From an archaeon (GTDB lineage Archaea > EX4484-52 > B79-G9): 24,212 nucleotides of DNA. The stretch is taken from NCBI GenBank assembly GCA_043813875.1, contig JBDRKP010000030.1, forward strand, positions 1 to 24,212, written 5' to 3'. The notes under the pieces are model-generated. The model was not told the DNA's origin, searched no databases, and saw nothing but the letters and a program-made list of their open reading frames with translations. Made by a program: the position numbers and the translations under genes. Of this stretch, positions 1-8,830 are shown piece by piece; position 1 is the stretch's first letter; each line of letters starts with the position of its first letter.

Positions 1-78
1 CTATCGTCCACAGCGCTTATAAACATCCCCCTCCAATATGATGAAGAGACACAAAGAATGTGAAAATGGAGGCATAAA

Positions 79-465
79 ATGAGACACATCTGGCGCTCAC
101 TTCTTATCATCACACTCATCGCAGCAGTCGTCATGTCATCAGGCTGCGCACAGGACAACAGCACAAAAGAAAACCGGATCTCCGGCGCATTCCAGAACCG
201 CAATCCCGGAGGCGAAAGGCAGTTCGCATCAAACATGACAGCCGGCGCATTCCAGAACCGCAATCCCGGGGGCGAAAGGCAGTTCGCATCAAACATGACA
301 GAAGAGCAGAGGAACATGCTCCTTGAGGAAAGAGAAAACGCATGCGCAACAAAAGCCGAAAACGACCCCTGCGCCATCATCACCCAAAGAGGCGAGATGC
401 CCGGCACATGCCAGAAGACAGAAAATAACCTTGTATGCGCAATACAGAGGAGACAGACACCATGA
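79..465 (+). CDS. Small secreted, lipoprotein-like protein with an internal 20-aa duplication; first gene of the ABC exporter operon
   Basis: GGAGG RBS upstream. Hydrophobic signal peptide ends in lipobox-like SSGC. Cys-containing C-terminus. Stop overlaps the next ATG (ATGA, 462-465). Confidence 0.75.
   Translation: MRHIWRSLLIITLIAAVVMSSGCAQDNSTKENRISGAFQNRNPGGERQFASNMTAGAFQNRNPGGERQFASNMTEEQRNMLLEERENACATKAENDPCAIITQRGEMPGTCQKTENNLVCAIQRRQTP
182..301 (+). repeat. Tandem 60-bp direct duplication inside the lipoprotein gene
   Basis: 182-241 and 242-301 are identical except A210/G270. Encodes GAFQNRNPGGERQFASNMT twice. Confidence 0.95.
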
Positions 466-1175
466 AATCAAAAGACCCCATACTCTCACTCAAAGACGTC
501 TGGAAGGTATACAAGATGGGCGAAATCGAAGTCCCGGCGCTTAGAGGCGTGACCATCGACATCAAGAAAGGCGACTTCGTCGCCATAACCGGCGCATCAG
601 GCAGCGGAAAGTCCACCCTCATGAACCTCATGGGCTGCCTCGACATCCCCACATCCGGCCACATCTACCTCAAATCAAGAGACATCAGCACCATGAGCGA
701 ATCCGACCTTGCCACCTTCAGGGGCAGGACAATCGGCTTCGTCTTCCAGCAATACAACCTCATCCCGTCCCTGTCCGCCTTTGAGAACGTCATGCTGCCC
801 CTCGAATTCATGGAATACGGCGACGACGAGGCGGCAAAAAGAGCAAGATATATCCTCGATCTCGTCGGCTTAAAAGAGCGCATGCATCACCGCCCCACGC
901 AGCTATCAGGCGGCCAGCAGCAAAGAGTCTCCATCGCCCGCAGCCTCGCAGGAGACCCAGAAATAATACTTGCCGACGAGCCCTCAGGCGCCCTTGACAG
1001 CACGACAGGCATAAGGATCATGGAGATACTGAAAAAACTCTGGAAAGAAGAAGGAAAGACAATAATCATAATCACGCACGAACTCAGCCTCGCAAGATAC
1101 GCGCACACGATAGTTGAGCTCAAAGACGGCCAGATAATAAAAGAATACGAGAATCAAGAGGTGTATAAGAAATGA
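462..1175 (+). CDS. ABC transporter ATP-binding protein (LolD/MacB/SalX type)
   Basis: Walker A GASGSGKST, LSGGQQQR signature, ILADEP Walker B, H-loop ITHE. ATG 462 preferred because it is coupled to the upstream stop. Confidence 0.95.
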   Translation: MKSKDPILSLKDVWKVYKMGEIEVPALRGVTIDIKKGDFVAITGASGSGKSTLMNLMGCLDIPTSGHIYLKSRDISTMSESDLATFRGRTIGFVFQQYNLIPSLSAFENVMLPLEFMEYGDDEAAKRARYILDLVGLKERMHHRPTQLSGGQQQRVSIARSLAGDPEIILADEPSGALDSTTGIRIMEILKKLWKEEGKTIIIITHELSLARYAHTIVELKDGQIIKEYENQEVYKK

Positions 1176-2557
1176 AGACAGTTACTTTTTCGGTTATTAT
1201 GATAGTGGCACTGGCGCTCGCCTTGCCTATGGCGTATGCCGCGACAGAGACCAGCAGCCAGATATCGATCAGCCTTGTGAACCAGGACCCAGACCCTGCT
1301 GCCACGGGAAATATAGTTGATCTCCGCCTCGGGGTAGAGAACCTCGGCGGGAAAGCAGCAAACAACCTGATCATAGAGCTGGCCCCACAATACCCCTTTG
1401 GACTCGTGCCGGGAGACAGCCCGACCCAGAAGATCAGCTCAATCAATGCATACCAGAGCGCCCAGAACATGATAATCGCGAAATACAAGGTCCGTGTCGA
1501 CAAAGATGCACAGGCCGGGAACTACGATCTGAAAGTCAATTACTACACCGAGGGCTCAAACATCATCGAGCACAAGACCCTCACAGTAGCTGTCGGCACC
1601 AAAGAAAGCGCACAGATAACCAACATCGACAAGACCCTGCTCGTCCCGGGGAAAGAGACCAGCCTGAAGATCACGATCAACAACGTCGGCAACGCCCCCC
1701 TGAAAGACCTTAAATTCAGCTGGGAGAACGCTGACAAGATCATACTCCCTGTCGGAAGCGACAACACAAGATACATAAAATACATCGACGTCGACGGCAG
1801 CGCCGAGATAGAATACCATGTCATCGCAGACACCAACGCGGTGCTCGGCCTCTACCAGCTTGACCTGTACCTGACATACAAGGAATCCGCGACCGGCACA
1901 GAGAAGACGATATCGACCATCGCAGGCATCTACGTCGGCGGAGGGACGGACTTTGACGTGGCATACGCAGAAAGCTCGAACGGAGAGATATCATTCAGCA
2001 TAGCCAATGTCGGAAGCAATCCCGCGAACTCGGTAACAGTGATGATCCCTGAGCAGAGGGATTACAGAGTCACCGGCTCGAACTCATTCATGATAGGCAA
2101 CCTCAACAAGGGCGACTACACAGTCGCAAGCTTCAGTCTGCAATCAGCAGCAAACATGACATCGCAGGGCGGCATGAATGTACGCAACAGGGACCCCGCA
2201 GCCGCAAATTTCACGCAGGACAGGATCAGACCTCTCGCACAGAACAGCTCAACTGGAGCCCTTGTCATACATATAGCATATACAGACACCATGGGCGAGC
2301 GCCACATAGTCGAAAAGGAAGTGAACATGGCGGCCCAGAGCGGCATCGCATCTTCTGGCGCCCAGGCGACATTCCGCACCGGCGGCCAGAGGACTGTGCA
2401 GAGCAGCTTTTTTGCAACATATGGGAACTACATAATCGTCATCGCCATACTGCTAGTGGCATTCTTCATCCACCGGGAACACAGGAAAAGGAAACTGCTT
2501 GACCCCGGTTTCAAGTTCAGGGACTTCCTTAAAAGAAAAGAAAAGAAACGCAAGTGA
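1172..2557 (+). CDS. COG1361-type S-layer-domain, membrane-anchored accessory protein of the ABC exporter
   Basis: Signal peptide, QDPDPA..G..VDLR start, beta-rich repeats (NVGNAP, NVGSNPA), C-terminal TM helix and basic tail. Typical position between ATPase and permease in archaea. Confidence 0.8.
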   Translation: MKTVTFSVIMIVALALALPMAYAATETSSQISISLVNQDPDPAATGNIVDLRLGVENLGGKAANNLIIELAPQYPFGLVPGDSPTQKISSINAYQSAQNMIIAKYKVRVDKDAQAGNYDLKVNYYTEGSNIIEHKTLTVAVGTKESAQITNIDKTLLVPGKETSLKITINNVGNAPLKDLKFSWENADKIILPVGSDNTRYIKYIDVDGSAEIEYHVIADTNAVLGLYQLDLYLTYKESATGTEKTISTIAGIYVGGGTDFDVAYAESSNGEISFSIANVGSNPANSVTVMIPEQRDYRVTGSNSFMIGNLNKGDYTVASFSLQSAANMTSQGGMNVRNRDPAAANFTQDRIRPLAQNSSTGALVIHIAYTDTMGERHIVEKEVNMAAQSGIASSGAQATFRTGGQRTVQSSFFATYGNYIIVIAILLVAFFIHREHRKRKLLDPGFKFRDFLKRKEKKRK

Positions 2558-2563
2558 TACTGG

Positions 2564-3811
2564 ATGAGACTAAGCAAATGCTTCAGGCACGCCTTCAACA
2601 TAGTGCTGCATAGCAAGTTGAGAAGCTGGCTTACCATAATCGGGATAGTGATCGGCGTCGCTTCAGTGATCGCCATAATGTCGCTTGGGCAGGGCATGCA
2701 GCAGACGATGAGCTCCCAGCTGGGTGGCCTTGGAGGCGATATCATAACAATATCCCCGGGCTTTTCCAGGGGAGGAAACATTTTCCAGATGAGAGGCAAC
2801 GACAACAGGGGAGGAGGTTCCTCCACAGCCCAGGCGACAGGAAAAGAGATAACACTCACCCGTACAGACGTACAGGTCTTAAGAGGGATACCCGACGTAT
2901 CACTCATCGATACAAACATCCGTGGAAGCGTGAAAGTATCCTACCTTGGAAAGACAGGAAGCGTCTCACTCACCGGAGTAGACCAGAAAGTGTGGTCAAA
3001 GATCACCACCGCCAGTATAAAAGAAGGCAGGATGCTTGACTCCGCCGACCAGAATGTGGTGGTCATCGGAGGAAGGCTCGCATCCACGTATTTCGAGCGT
3101 CCGCTGGGCCTGAACAAGATGATCACAATAGGCGGAAATGCCTTCCGCATAGTAGGGATTCTTGACGACCAGAGCACGAATATCTATATGCCCATCCAGA
3201 TGGCATACCAGGTGATTGAGGACAAGGAGACCAATGTCTATGACACTCTCGTCGTCAGGATAAGGGACGAAAACCTCCTGGACGACTCGATAGCAAAGAT
3301 CGACAGCAGGCTCATGCTTGCAAGGCATGTGACAAACAAGACAAAAGACTTCTCAATCAGCTCAAACAAGCAGATGCAGGAAGCAAGATCAGAAGCCATG
3401 AGCACCATGAGCCTATTCCTGGTAGCGATTGCTGCGGTCTCGCTCATAGTCGGCGCCATAGGCGTCGCGAACACCATGTTCACGTCCGTCCTTGAGAAGA
3501 CAAAAGAGATAGGCATCATGAAAGCCATAGGCGCAAGAAACAAAGACATACTTATGATATTCCTCCTCAATGCCGCGCTCATCGGCCTCATCGGGGGCGT
3601 GCTCGGCGTACTCCTGGGAGCGCTGCTCTCAGAATCAATGACAACGCTACTCGGCGGCGGCACACCGATGATAAGAGGAGGGACATTGGTCACCATGGAC
3701 TCTGTGATCCTTGCTTTGTCTGTCTCAGTCAGCGCAGGAATAATCGCCGGATTCATACCCGCATACCAGGCATCAAGGCTGAAGCCGGTAGACGCGCTGA
3801 GATTCGAATAG
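2564..3811 (+). CDS. ABC transporter permease (MacB/FtsX/SalY type)
   Basis: RSWLTIIGIVIGVASVIA, GVANTMFTSVLEKTKEIGIMKAIGA and C-terminal PAYQASRLKPVDALRFE motifs. Confidence 0.95.
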   Translation: MRLSKCFRHAFNIVLHSKLRSWLTIIGIVIGVASVIAIMSLGQGMQQTMSSQLGGLGGDIITISPGFSRGGNIFQMRGNDNRGGGSSTAQATGKEITLTRTDVQVLRGIPDVSLIDTNIRGSVKVSYLGKTGSVSLTGVDQKVWSKITTASIKEGRMLDSADQNVVVIGGRLASTYFERPLGLNKMITIGGNAFRIVGILDDQSTNIYMPIQMAYQVIEDKETNVYDTLVVRIRDENLLDDSIAKIDSRLMLARHVTNKTKDFSISSNKQMQEARSEAMSTMSLFLVAIAAVSLIVGAIGVANTMFTSVLEKTKEIGIMKAIGARNKDILMIFLLNAALIGLIGGVLGVLLGALLSESMTTLLGGGTPMIRGGTLVTMDSVILALSVSVSAGIIAGFIPAYQASRLKPVDALRFE

Positions 3812-3813
3812 CG

Positions 3814-4629
3814 TCATTTCTTTTCAAGATCATAAGAGAACAGGTGATGCCCGAAAGTGCCGTCCTGAAGGCCTTCATAGACCACCTTATTCACGCCTCC
3901 AAGAAAATCAGCCTTCAGCTTCCAGTAAGGTAAGGTCATAGGAGTAAGGTCCACATGCACATCAGGCCTCCACCCATAATCCCCGGCCATATCAATATAA
4001 TCAGACACGTCATGCATATCCGTGAGATACGCTTCATCAACGATGCGTTTGGCATCAGATTCCTTGGCAGTGCATGCCATGATGACAAGCCGCGCACCGT
4101 CCTTTCCGACGCGCGCAAGCTCTTTGAAAAGCTTATCAAGATCGACATATTCCGTGCTCTCATGCGCCCATATGAAATCATACGTTTTATCACCCACAGG
4201 AAGCCTTCGCATATCTCCCCTGTTGTAGTCCAGTTTATCGCCAAAACCGCGCTTCATCGCGTCTTTCTGCGCATACTTCGCCTGTTCAGGTGAAACCGTG
4301 AACCCATCCATCTTAGGCCCGTATCTTTCGCATATCATTATGCTTCCGCCCCCGGCTCCGCAGCCGGCATCAAGCCCGCGCATATCAGCGGTGACTTCGC
4401 CAAGGAAAGGCATCCCATAGAGCACAGTATCCTTCTCCATCGCATGCAACATCCCGTTTAATTCATCCATGCCAGAAAGAGCCGGATACTTCTTGCCTTC
4501 AGGGACAATCCCGTTATGGCTGAAGAAGTAACCGTCAATAGAAGCAAGAGCCGGGTTGAGCCCGTAATGAGTCTTCCAGTCATACAGCTCGGCAATCTGA
4601 GCAATCCGCATAGCCTCATTGTCCGGCAT
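3814..4629 (-). CDS. Class I SAM-dependent methyltransferase resembling geranyl-diphosphate 2-C-methyltransferase (prenyl-PP C-methyltransferase family)
   Basis: SAM motif LDAGCGAGG plus family-type segments LNPALASIDGYFFSHNGI, LHAME, WAHESTEYVDLDKLF, VDLTPMTLPYWKLK, DGTF. Start could be 4629, 4635 or 4641. Confidence 0.8.
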   Translation of the reverse strand: MPDNEAMRIAQIAELYDWKTHYGLNPALASIDGYFFSHNGIVPEGKKYPALSGMDELNGMLHAMEKDTVLYGMPFLGEVTADMRGLDAGCGAGGGSIMICERYGPKMDGFTVSPEQAKYAQKDAMKRGFGDKLDYNRGDMRRLPVGDKTYDFIWAHESTEYVDLDKLFKELARVGKDGARLVIMACTAKESDAKRIVDEAYLTDMHDVSDYIDMAGDYGWRPDVHVDLTPMTLPYWKLKADFLGGVNKVVYEGLQDGTFGHHLFSYDLEKK

Positions 4630-4798
4630 AACCATCAGCAATGAATATATATTCTAAATATATATAGTTATGGCATAACATATTTTTAAAAATTGGATAT
4701 AGGTATATATATTTACTACAAAATATCAAAAAATCACAATATTTTTATATATTAACCCCATAACTCAAGAAAAAAGCATAAATATACACATGAAATCA

Positions 4799-5088
4799 TC
4801 AGGCAGCCCATCCATATCCGATCTTTACGAGATGCTCCACAAACCTTCGAATGTATTTTTGTGTATATCCGGTGAAGAGGTCTTGATTCCCTTTGAAAGA
4901 AGTATGGCCTTTGCGGCATAAAAAATCGCATAATATGAATGGGATATTACGGAACTGTAAAATGTTACGTCCACGCTAAGCTCGAATTCCTTCTTTGAAT
5001 TGAGGTCTTCGCTTAACTTTTTTAGTGATTCAGCCGCATGGATTTCGTTGTCTGCCCGCTCAAGGAATATCTCAACCATTGAATCCAT
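4799..5088 (-). pseudogene. Truncated, frameshifted HEPN-domain toxin of an MNT-HEPN module
   Basis: HEPN-type SHSYYAIFYAAKAILL..GI....H motif. ORF stops after 87 aa (4825). A shifted frame continues FVEHLVKIG and stops at 4799. Overlaps the MNT gene end. Confidence 0.65.
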
Positions 5089-5692
5089 TTTTTATCGCCT
5101 CGCCAATAATCCGGTAGTAGTTTTCCCCACCGAAAAGAAGCAGGTTATTCTTTGCTATCTCTTTGCCATAGTTTGGCTTTTTGTCTAAAAGCATGCCTAT
5201 GAATTCCGATTTCCTGAAAACAGATAGATGAATCTGTGGGATGTTCATCTCGCACATGTATCTTAGGTCCGCATATATCTTCTTTGTGTCAATGCAATCC
5301 TCGGTGATGAGGACGATGTCAATGTCCGAGTCTTTCTTCTCTGTGCCTTTCGCATAGCTTCCGGTCACAATAAATATGCTGAATCCAGCCGATGTTTTTG
5401 CGGTGATTTTTTCGAGATCAAGATAAGGGATATGTTTTTTGTCCCATCCCGTGTATTCAGAGCAAAAACCGGCGTATGCGCAGGCTTTGCTTGAATTGAC
5501 ATTGAGCGAGTAAAGCGTTACATTGCCTGCCTTTTGTTCGGTGAGGATTCCGTTTTTTGAAAACTTCTTGAGCGTATTGTAGACATAGCTTTCTGATTTC
5601 TTTTTCGTCGCCTGCTTTATCTCGCGCTCGGTAAATTTTTTCCACGGAGATTTTGCAAACTCATAAAGGATTTCGTATTCTTTTTTTAGCAT
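5072..5692 (-). CDS. wHTH-fused minimal nucleotidyltransferase (MNT antitoxin)
   Basis: GSYAKGTEKKDSDIDIV Pol-beta-type NTase motif. N-terminal HTH-like region (FTEREIK...SESYVYNTLKKF...G.L). AGGAG RBS. Confidence 0.85.
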   Translation of the reverse strand: MLKKEYEILYEFAKSPWKKFTEREIKQATKKKSESYVYNTLKKFSKNGILTEQKAGNVTLYSLNVNSSKACAYAGFCSEYTGWDKKHIPYLDLEKITAKTSAGFSIFIVTGSYAKGTEKKDSDIDIVLITEDCIDTKKIYADLRYMCEMNIPQIHLSVFRKSEFIGMLLDKKPNYGKEIAKNNLLLFGGENYYRIIGEAIKNGFNG

Positions 5693-5703
5693 TTGCTCAC
5701 AAC

Positions 5704-5756
5704 TCCTAATTTTAGGATAAGTATATCCTGTTTTTAGGAATATATAAATCTTTCTG
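5704..5756 (-). promoter_or_regulatory. BRE/TATA promoter of the MNT-HEPN operon with two TCCT-N6-AGGA operator palindromes
   Basis: Minus strand reads CAGAAAGA-TTTATATA (5756-5741), followed by palindromes at 5726-5739 and 5704-5717. Confidence 0.7.
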
Positions 5757-5782
5757 TTAAGAGAAATTTCAGTTACACTTTC

Positions 5783-7714
5783 TCACAAATAACCCCCAAG
5801 CTTCCCTTTATCGACAAAAAAACCGGATATCTCCTTCTTTATGTCCTTCGACACAACAAGCTCATAATCATCCGGTATGACTTTCCTGTAATTCTGCCAC
5901 AGGTACCGCCCGTCCATGAAAACGATCACACCTCTGTCCGTTTCAGACCTTATGCATCGCCCCGCCGCCTGGACAGCCCTGTTCATCGACGGGAACACAT
6001 ACCCGTAATCCCATCCCTTGTGGAACTTCACATCATAATACTCGATGAGCTTCTCTGAAAGAAGATCCGGCCTCTGCAAAGGCAGCCCGACAAGCACAGC
6101 CGCATTCATCAGCTTGCCGTCATAGCTCACACCCTCCGAGAAATTCGCCCCCACCACTGCAAAAAGCGCAGCCCCCACATCCTTCAGCCGTGAGAACTCT
6201 GAAAGCATCTCGAACTTCTCCTTCTTGGTCATGTTCTGCCGCTCAAGAAGTATCTGCTTCTCGCATGACCCGGAAACGATGTCATATATCTCATCCCTGA
6301 TCGAATACGACGGGAAGAACACGCCGACATTCCCTCTCATGCATCTTAATATATCCGCAAGATAATTTGCTATCTTCACAGACTCCTGCTTCGATCTCAT
6401 CGAATACTTGGTCGTCACATCCTTCACCACAAGCGAAAGCTTATTCTCCCTCGGGAACGGCGATTCGAGCTTGAGCTCGATAGACTTATCGACCCCGAGC
6501 ACATTCTTGTACATCTCAAGAGGAAGAAGCGTTCCCGACATCAGTATCGCAGAATGGACCTTTGAAAAGATATCCCTCGTGGCGACCGACGGGTCAAGGC
6601 ACTCGTGAGTGTAAAGATAAAGATACCCATTCCTCGTCTGCATCCTCTTGAGAATCCTGACATACCCTGGCCCCTCCTCCTTCCATCTCTCAAGGAACGC
6701 CGCGATACCGCCAAGATACGACTTCTTCTTCTCCTCCCGCACAATCGCAGCCGCCCGCTCAAGCTCCTCGATGAAATGCTCATAGACCGTGGTCTCCTCA
6801 ACAGCATCGACAATGTTCCCTATATCGATGACAACCTCATTGCCGCTCTTGAGCATAGTCCCTGCGCCGTCGACCAGCTTCCTGTATATGAACTCAAGAT
6901 CCTTCGCAAGCTCATGCTCCTTTATCTCATTCGCCTCCTTGATGGCCCCCGACACCTGCCGGTCAGTGAGCTGTATAGAAAGAAGCGACCTCACCCTCCC
7001 TGGCAGGTTATGCGCCTCATCGGCGATGAGGATCACATCATCGATCTTCGTCCCTGTCTTTGCAAGGAACGTCTTGTAGATAGTAGGATGGAACATATGG
7101 AAATAGTCGGCGATAATGACATTCGACCTCTTCGCCCTCTCAAGGAATATGTCATACGGGCACACGTCACAACACAGCGCCTTCGCATCCATAGAATGCA
7201 TGATCGACTCATCAAGCCTCTCAATCGCCTTCATGCCGTCATCAGTCAGCTTGCCCTCGCTCGTGTAGGTCCTCTTGTGATACCCGCATCGCCCCTCCTT
7301 CTTCAATGACGAGCAGTATTCACGGAAATCCGTCGTGGACATATTCTCTGATTCAGGCAGGTTGCACAGCCACTTGCGCCCGATGAGGTCCGTGACCTTG
7401 ATATCAGCCCCGGACTTCTTCTTCATGGCCCGCAGCGTCTCGATCACGATCTTGTGCTGCGCATGCCTTGATGTAAGAAATATCACCTTCGTCCCGTTCG
7501 CGATGCTGTGAGCCACAGCAGGGACGAGCGCCGCAGCAGTCTTCCCGATACCTGTCGGCGCATGCGCGATAAGGCATTTATGCAAAGATATGGCCTCATC
7601 AGCCTTAGCCATGAACTCCGCCTGAGTCTCCCGGACACTATCATGAGGGAACAGGTAATCGAAACGCGAAGCCACAACAGAACAAGTCTTTTCAGCTACC
7701 TTTTTTTTTGGCAT
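5783..7714 (-). CDS. xpd: XPD/Rad3/DinG-family Fe-S ATP-dependent DNA helicase
   Basis: Q-motif RETQ, APTGIGKT, cysteines in the Fe-S region (WLC..C..CPY), DEAHNL, MSGTL, FFPSY, FSEGV, QAAGRCIRSETDRG. Confidence 0.9.
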   Translation of the reverse strand: MPKKKVAEKTCSVVASRFDYLFPHDSVRETQAEFMAKADEAISLHKCLIAHAPTGIGKTAAALVPAVAHSIANGTKVIFLTSRHAQHKIVIETLRAMKKKSGADIKVTDLIGRKWLCNLPESENMSTTDFREYCSSLKKEGRCGYHKRTYTSEGKLTDDGMKAIERLDESIMHSMDAKALCCDVCPYDIFLERAKRSNVIIADYFHMFHPTIYKTFLAKTGTKIDDVILIADEAHNLPGRVRSLLSIQLTDRQVSGAIKEANEIKEHELAKDLEFIYRKLVDGAGTMLKSGNEVVIDIGNIVDAVEETTVYEHFIEELERAAAIVREEKKKSYLGGIAAFLERWKEEGPGYVRILKRMQTRNGYLYLYTHECLDPSVATRDIFSKVHSAILMSGTLLPLEMYKNVLGVDKSIELKLESPFPRENKLSLVVKDVTTKYSMRSKQESVKIANYLADILRCMRGNVGVFFPSYSIRDEIYDIVSGSCEKQILLERQNMTKKEKFEMLSEFSRLKDVGAALFAVVGANFSEGVSYDGKLMNAAVLVGLPLQRPDLLSEKLIEYYDVKFHKGWDYGYVFPSMNRAVQAAGRCIRSETDRGVIVFMDGRYLWQNYRKVIPDDYELVVSKDIKKEISGFFVDKGKLGGYL

Positions 7715-7809
7715 GGCATAAATATCGCAAAAATGTTTTAAATCTCTGTTGGTGGCGCATTGCCGATAAAAAATCGAAGGTTCAGTTGGAACAACATCGA
7801 CTTAAAAAG

Positions 7810-8643
7810 ATGGATGATAAAACGAAAGATATGAGTTACAAGAAACAAAATCTCGTTTTTGGAACAGTTTATACTTTAGAAAAAGGCATACCGGACCTGG
7901 AAAGAGCAATAAAAAGACAAGAATATATTGGCCTGCCTCAAGAAGACATAAAAAAACTGGCAGAAGAAAAAGGATATGGACAAAGCATCAATGACGTCGG
8001 CTTACCAATAATAGAATTCGATCTGGATGGCGATCATGCAAATGCACACCTTAAGATAGATTATATTCCGTATAGTGAACTGTATAAGGACGCCCGCATC
8101 ACAATATACGCAGAAATGGAGGATGACAAGGAGCTATTATTTGGAGAAGCACCCAATTTCTTCCACAACGCAGGCGATATTGTCCAAAAAATTGTAGAAG
8201 AAATAGCAGCGGCGTATCTGGACGAATGTATGGACAAATATAAAATCAGCAATACTAAAATGTATGACTTTAACATTAACTTTCTTGGTTGCAGTATACC
8301 TGAGGATTCACCCATGAAGATTCTATTTGCAACAAAAGAAAAAAAATATGAACTAAAGGATGCACTCGAATCACATGAGGAGCTCAGGCAAATTATAGAA
8401 GACCTTAATGATATTCATGGAAAGAATGCCGGAAATACATTCGATAGATGGGAACTAATCGGGCATGATACACAAAAAACGCCACATACGCTATATCGCA
8501 AAACTCTTGTAGAAGACCGGGTAATCATGACGGGGTTCACAGACACATCCAAAGCAGGCATCTCTGATGTTGTTAAAGCCAGAATAAGAGATATGACTGC
8601 CCTTGCACGCGAATTAGGATTGAGCTATAAGTTAAGGACGTAA
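7810..8643 (+). CDS. Hypothetical protein (AT-rich orphan)
   Basis: Long open frame. Start 7810 or 7831 is more plausible than 7708, which overlaps the divergent helicase start. No motif recognised. Confidence 0.65.
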   Translation: MDDKTKDMSYKKQNLVFGTVYTLEKGIPDLERAIKRQEYIGLPQEDIKKLAEEKGYGQSINDVGLPIIEFDLDGDHANAHLKIDYIPYSELYKDARITIYAEMEDDKELLFGEAPNFFHNAGDIVQKIVEEIAAAYLDECMDKYKISNTKMYDFNINFLGCSIPEDSPMKILFATKEKKYELKDALESHEELRQIIEDLNDIHGKNAGNTFDRWELIGHDTQKTPHTLYRKTLVEDRVIMTGFTDTSKAGISDVVKARIRDMTALARELGLSYKLRT

Positions 8644-8726
8644 ACACAAGCTAAAAATGCCGTAGTCATTAGAAGCGCTCTTTTTTTATCCCAACGTTCA
8701 ATACCGCGACATTATGCCTTGGTTCT

Positions 8727-8765
8727 TATAGCGGATTTCAGTAATTTATTTGTACATCAACTATA
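8727..8765. repeat. Degenerate short member of the TATA-bounded palindromic element family
   Basis: TATAG...CTATA imperfect hairpin. 8754-8766 is the exact reverse complement of 12706-12718. AATTTATTTGT-N6-ACTATA is shared with 14962-14984. Confidence 0.6.
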
Positions 8766-8830
8766 TTAACCGCCTTGACCTAAAAATATCTGTTACACTA
8801 TTGATAGACTAAGGAAAAGGGAGATAATCA

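Noticed and set aside
4663..4682. TATAGTTATGGCATAAC near-palindrome, similar to ATAGTTATGGCG near 22845
   Set aside because: It starts with TATAGT but lacks the ACTATA end and a real loop; too short in AT-rich promoter DNA to call an element or operator.
6605..7309. 234-aa plus-strand ORF, and similar shadows at 3238-3756, 11126-11692, 13474-14097, 19028-19480, 19943-20482 and 21824-22324
   Set aside because: Antisense or off-frame to well-supported genes with no motifs; expected from codon bias.
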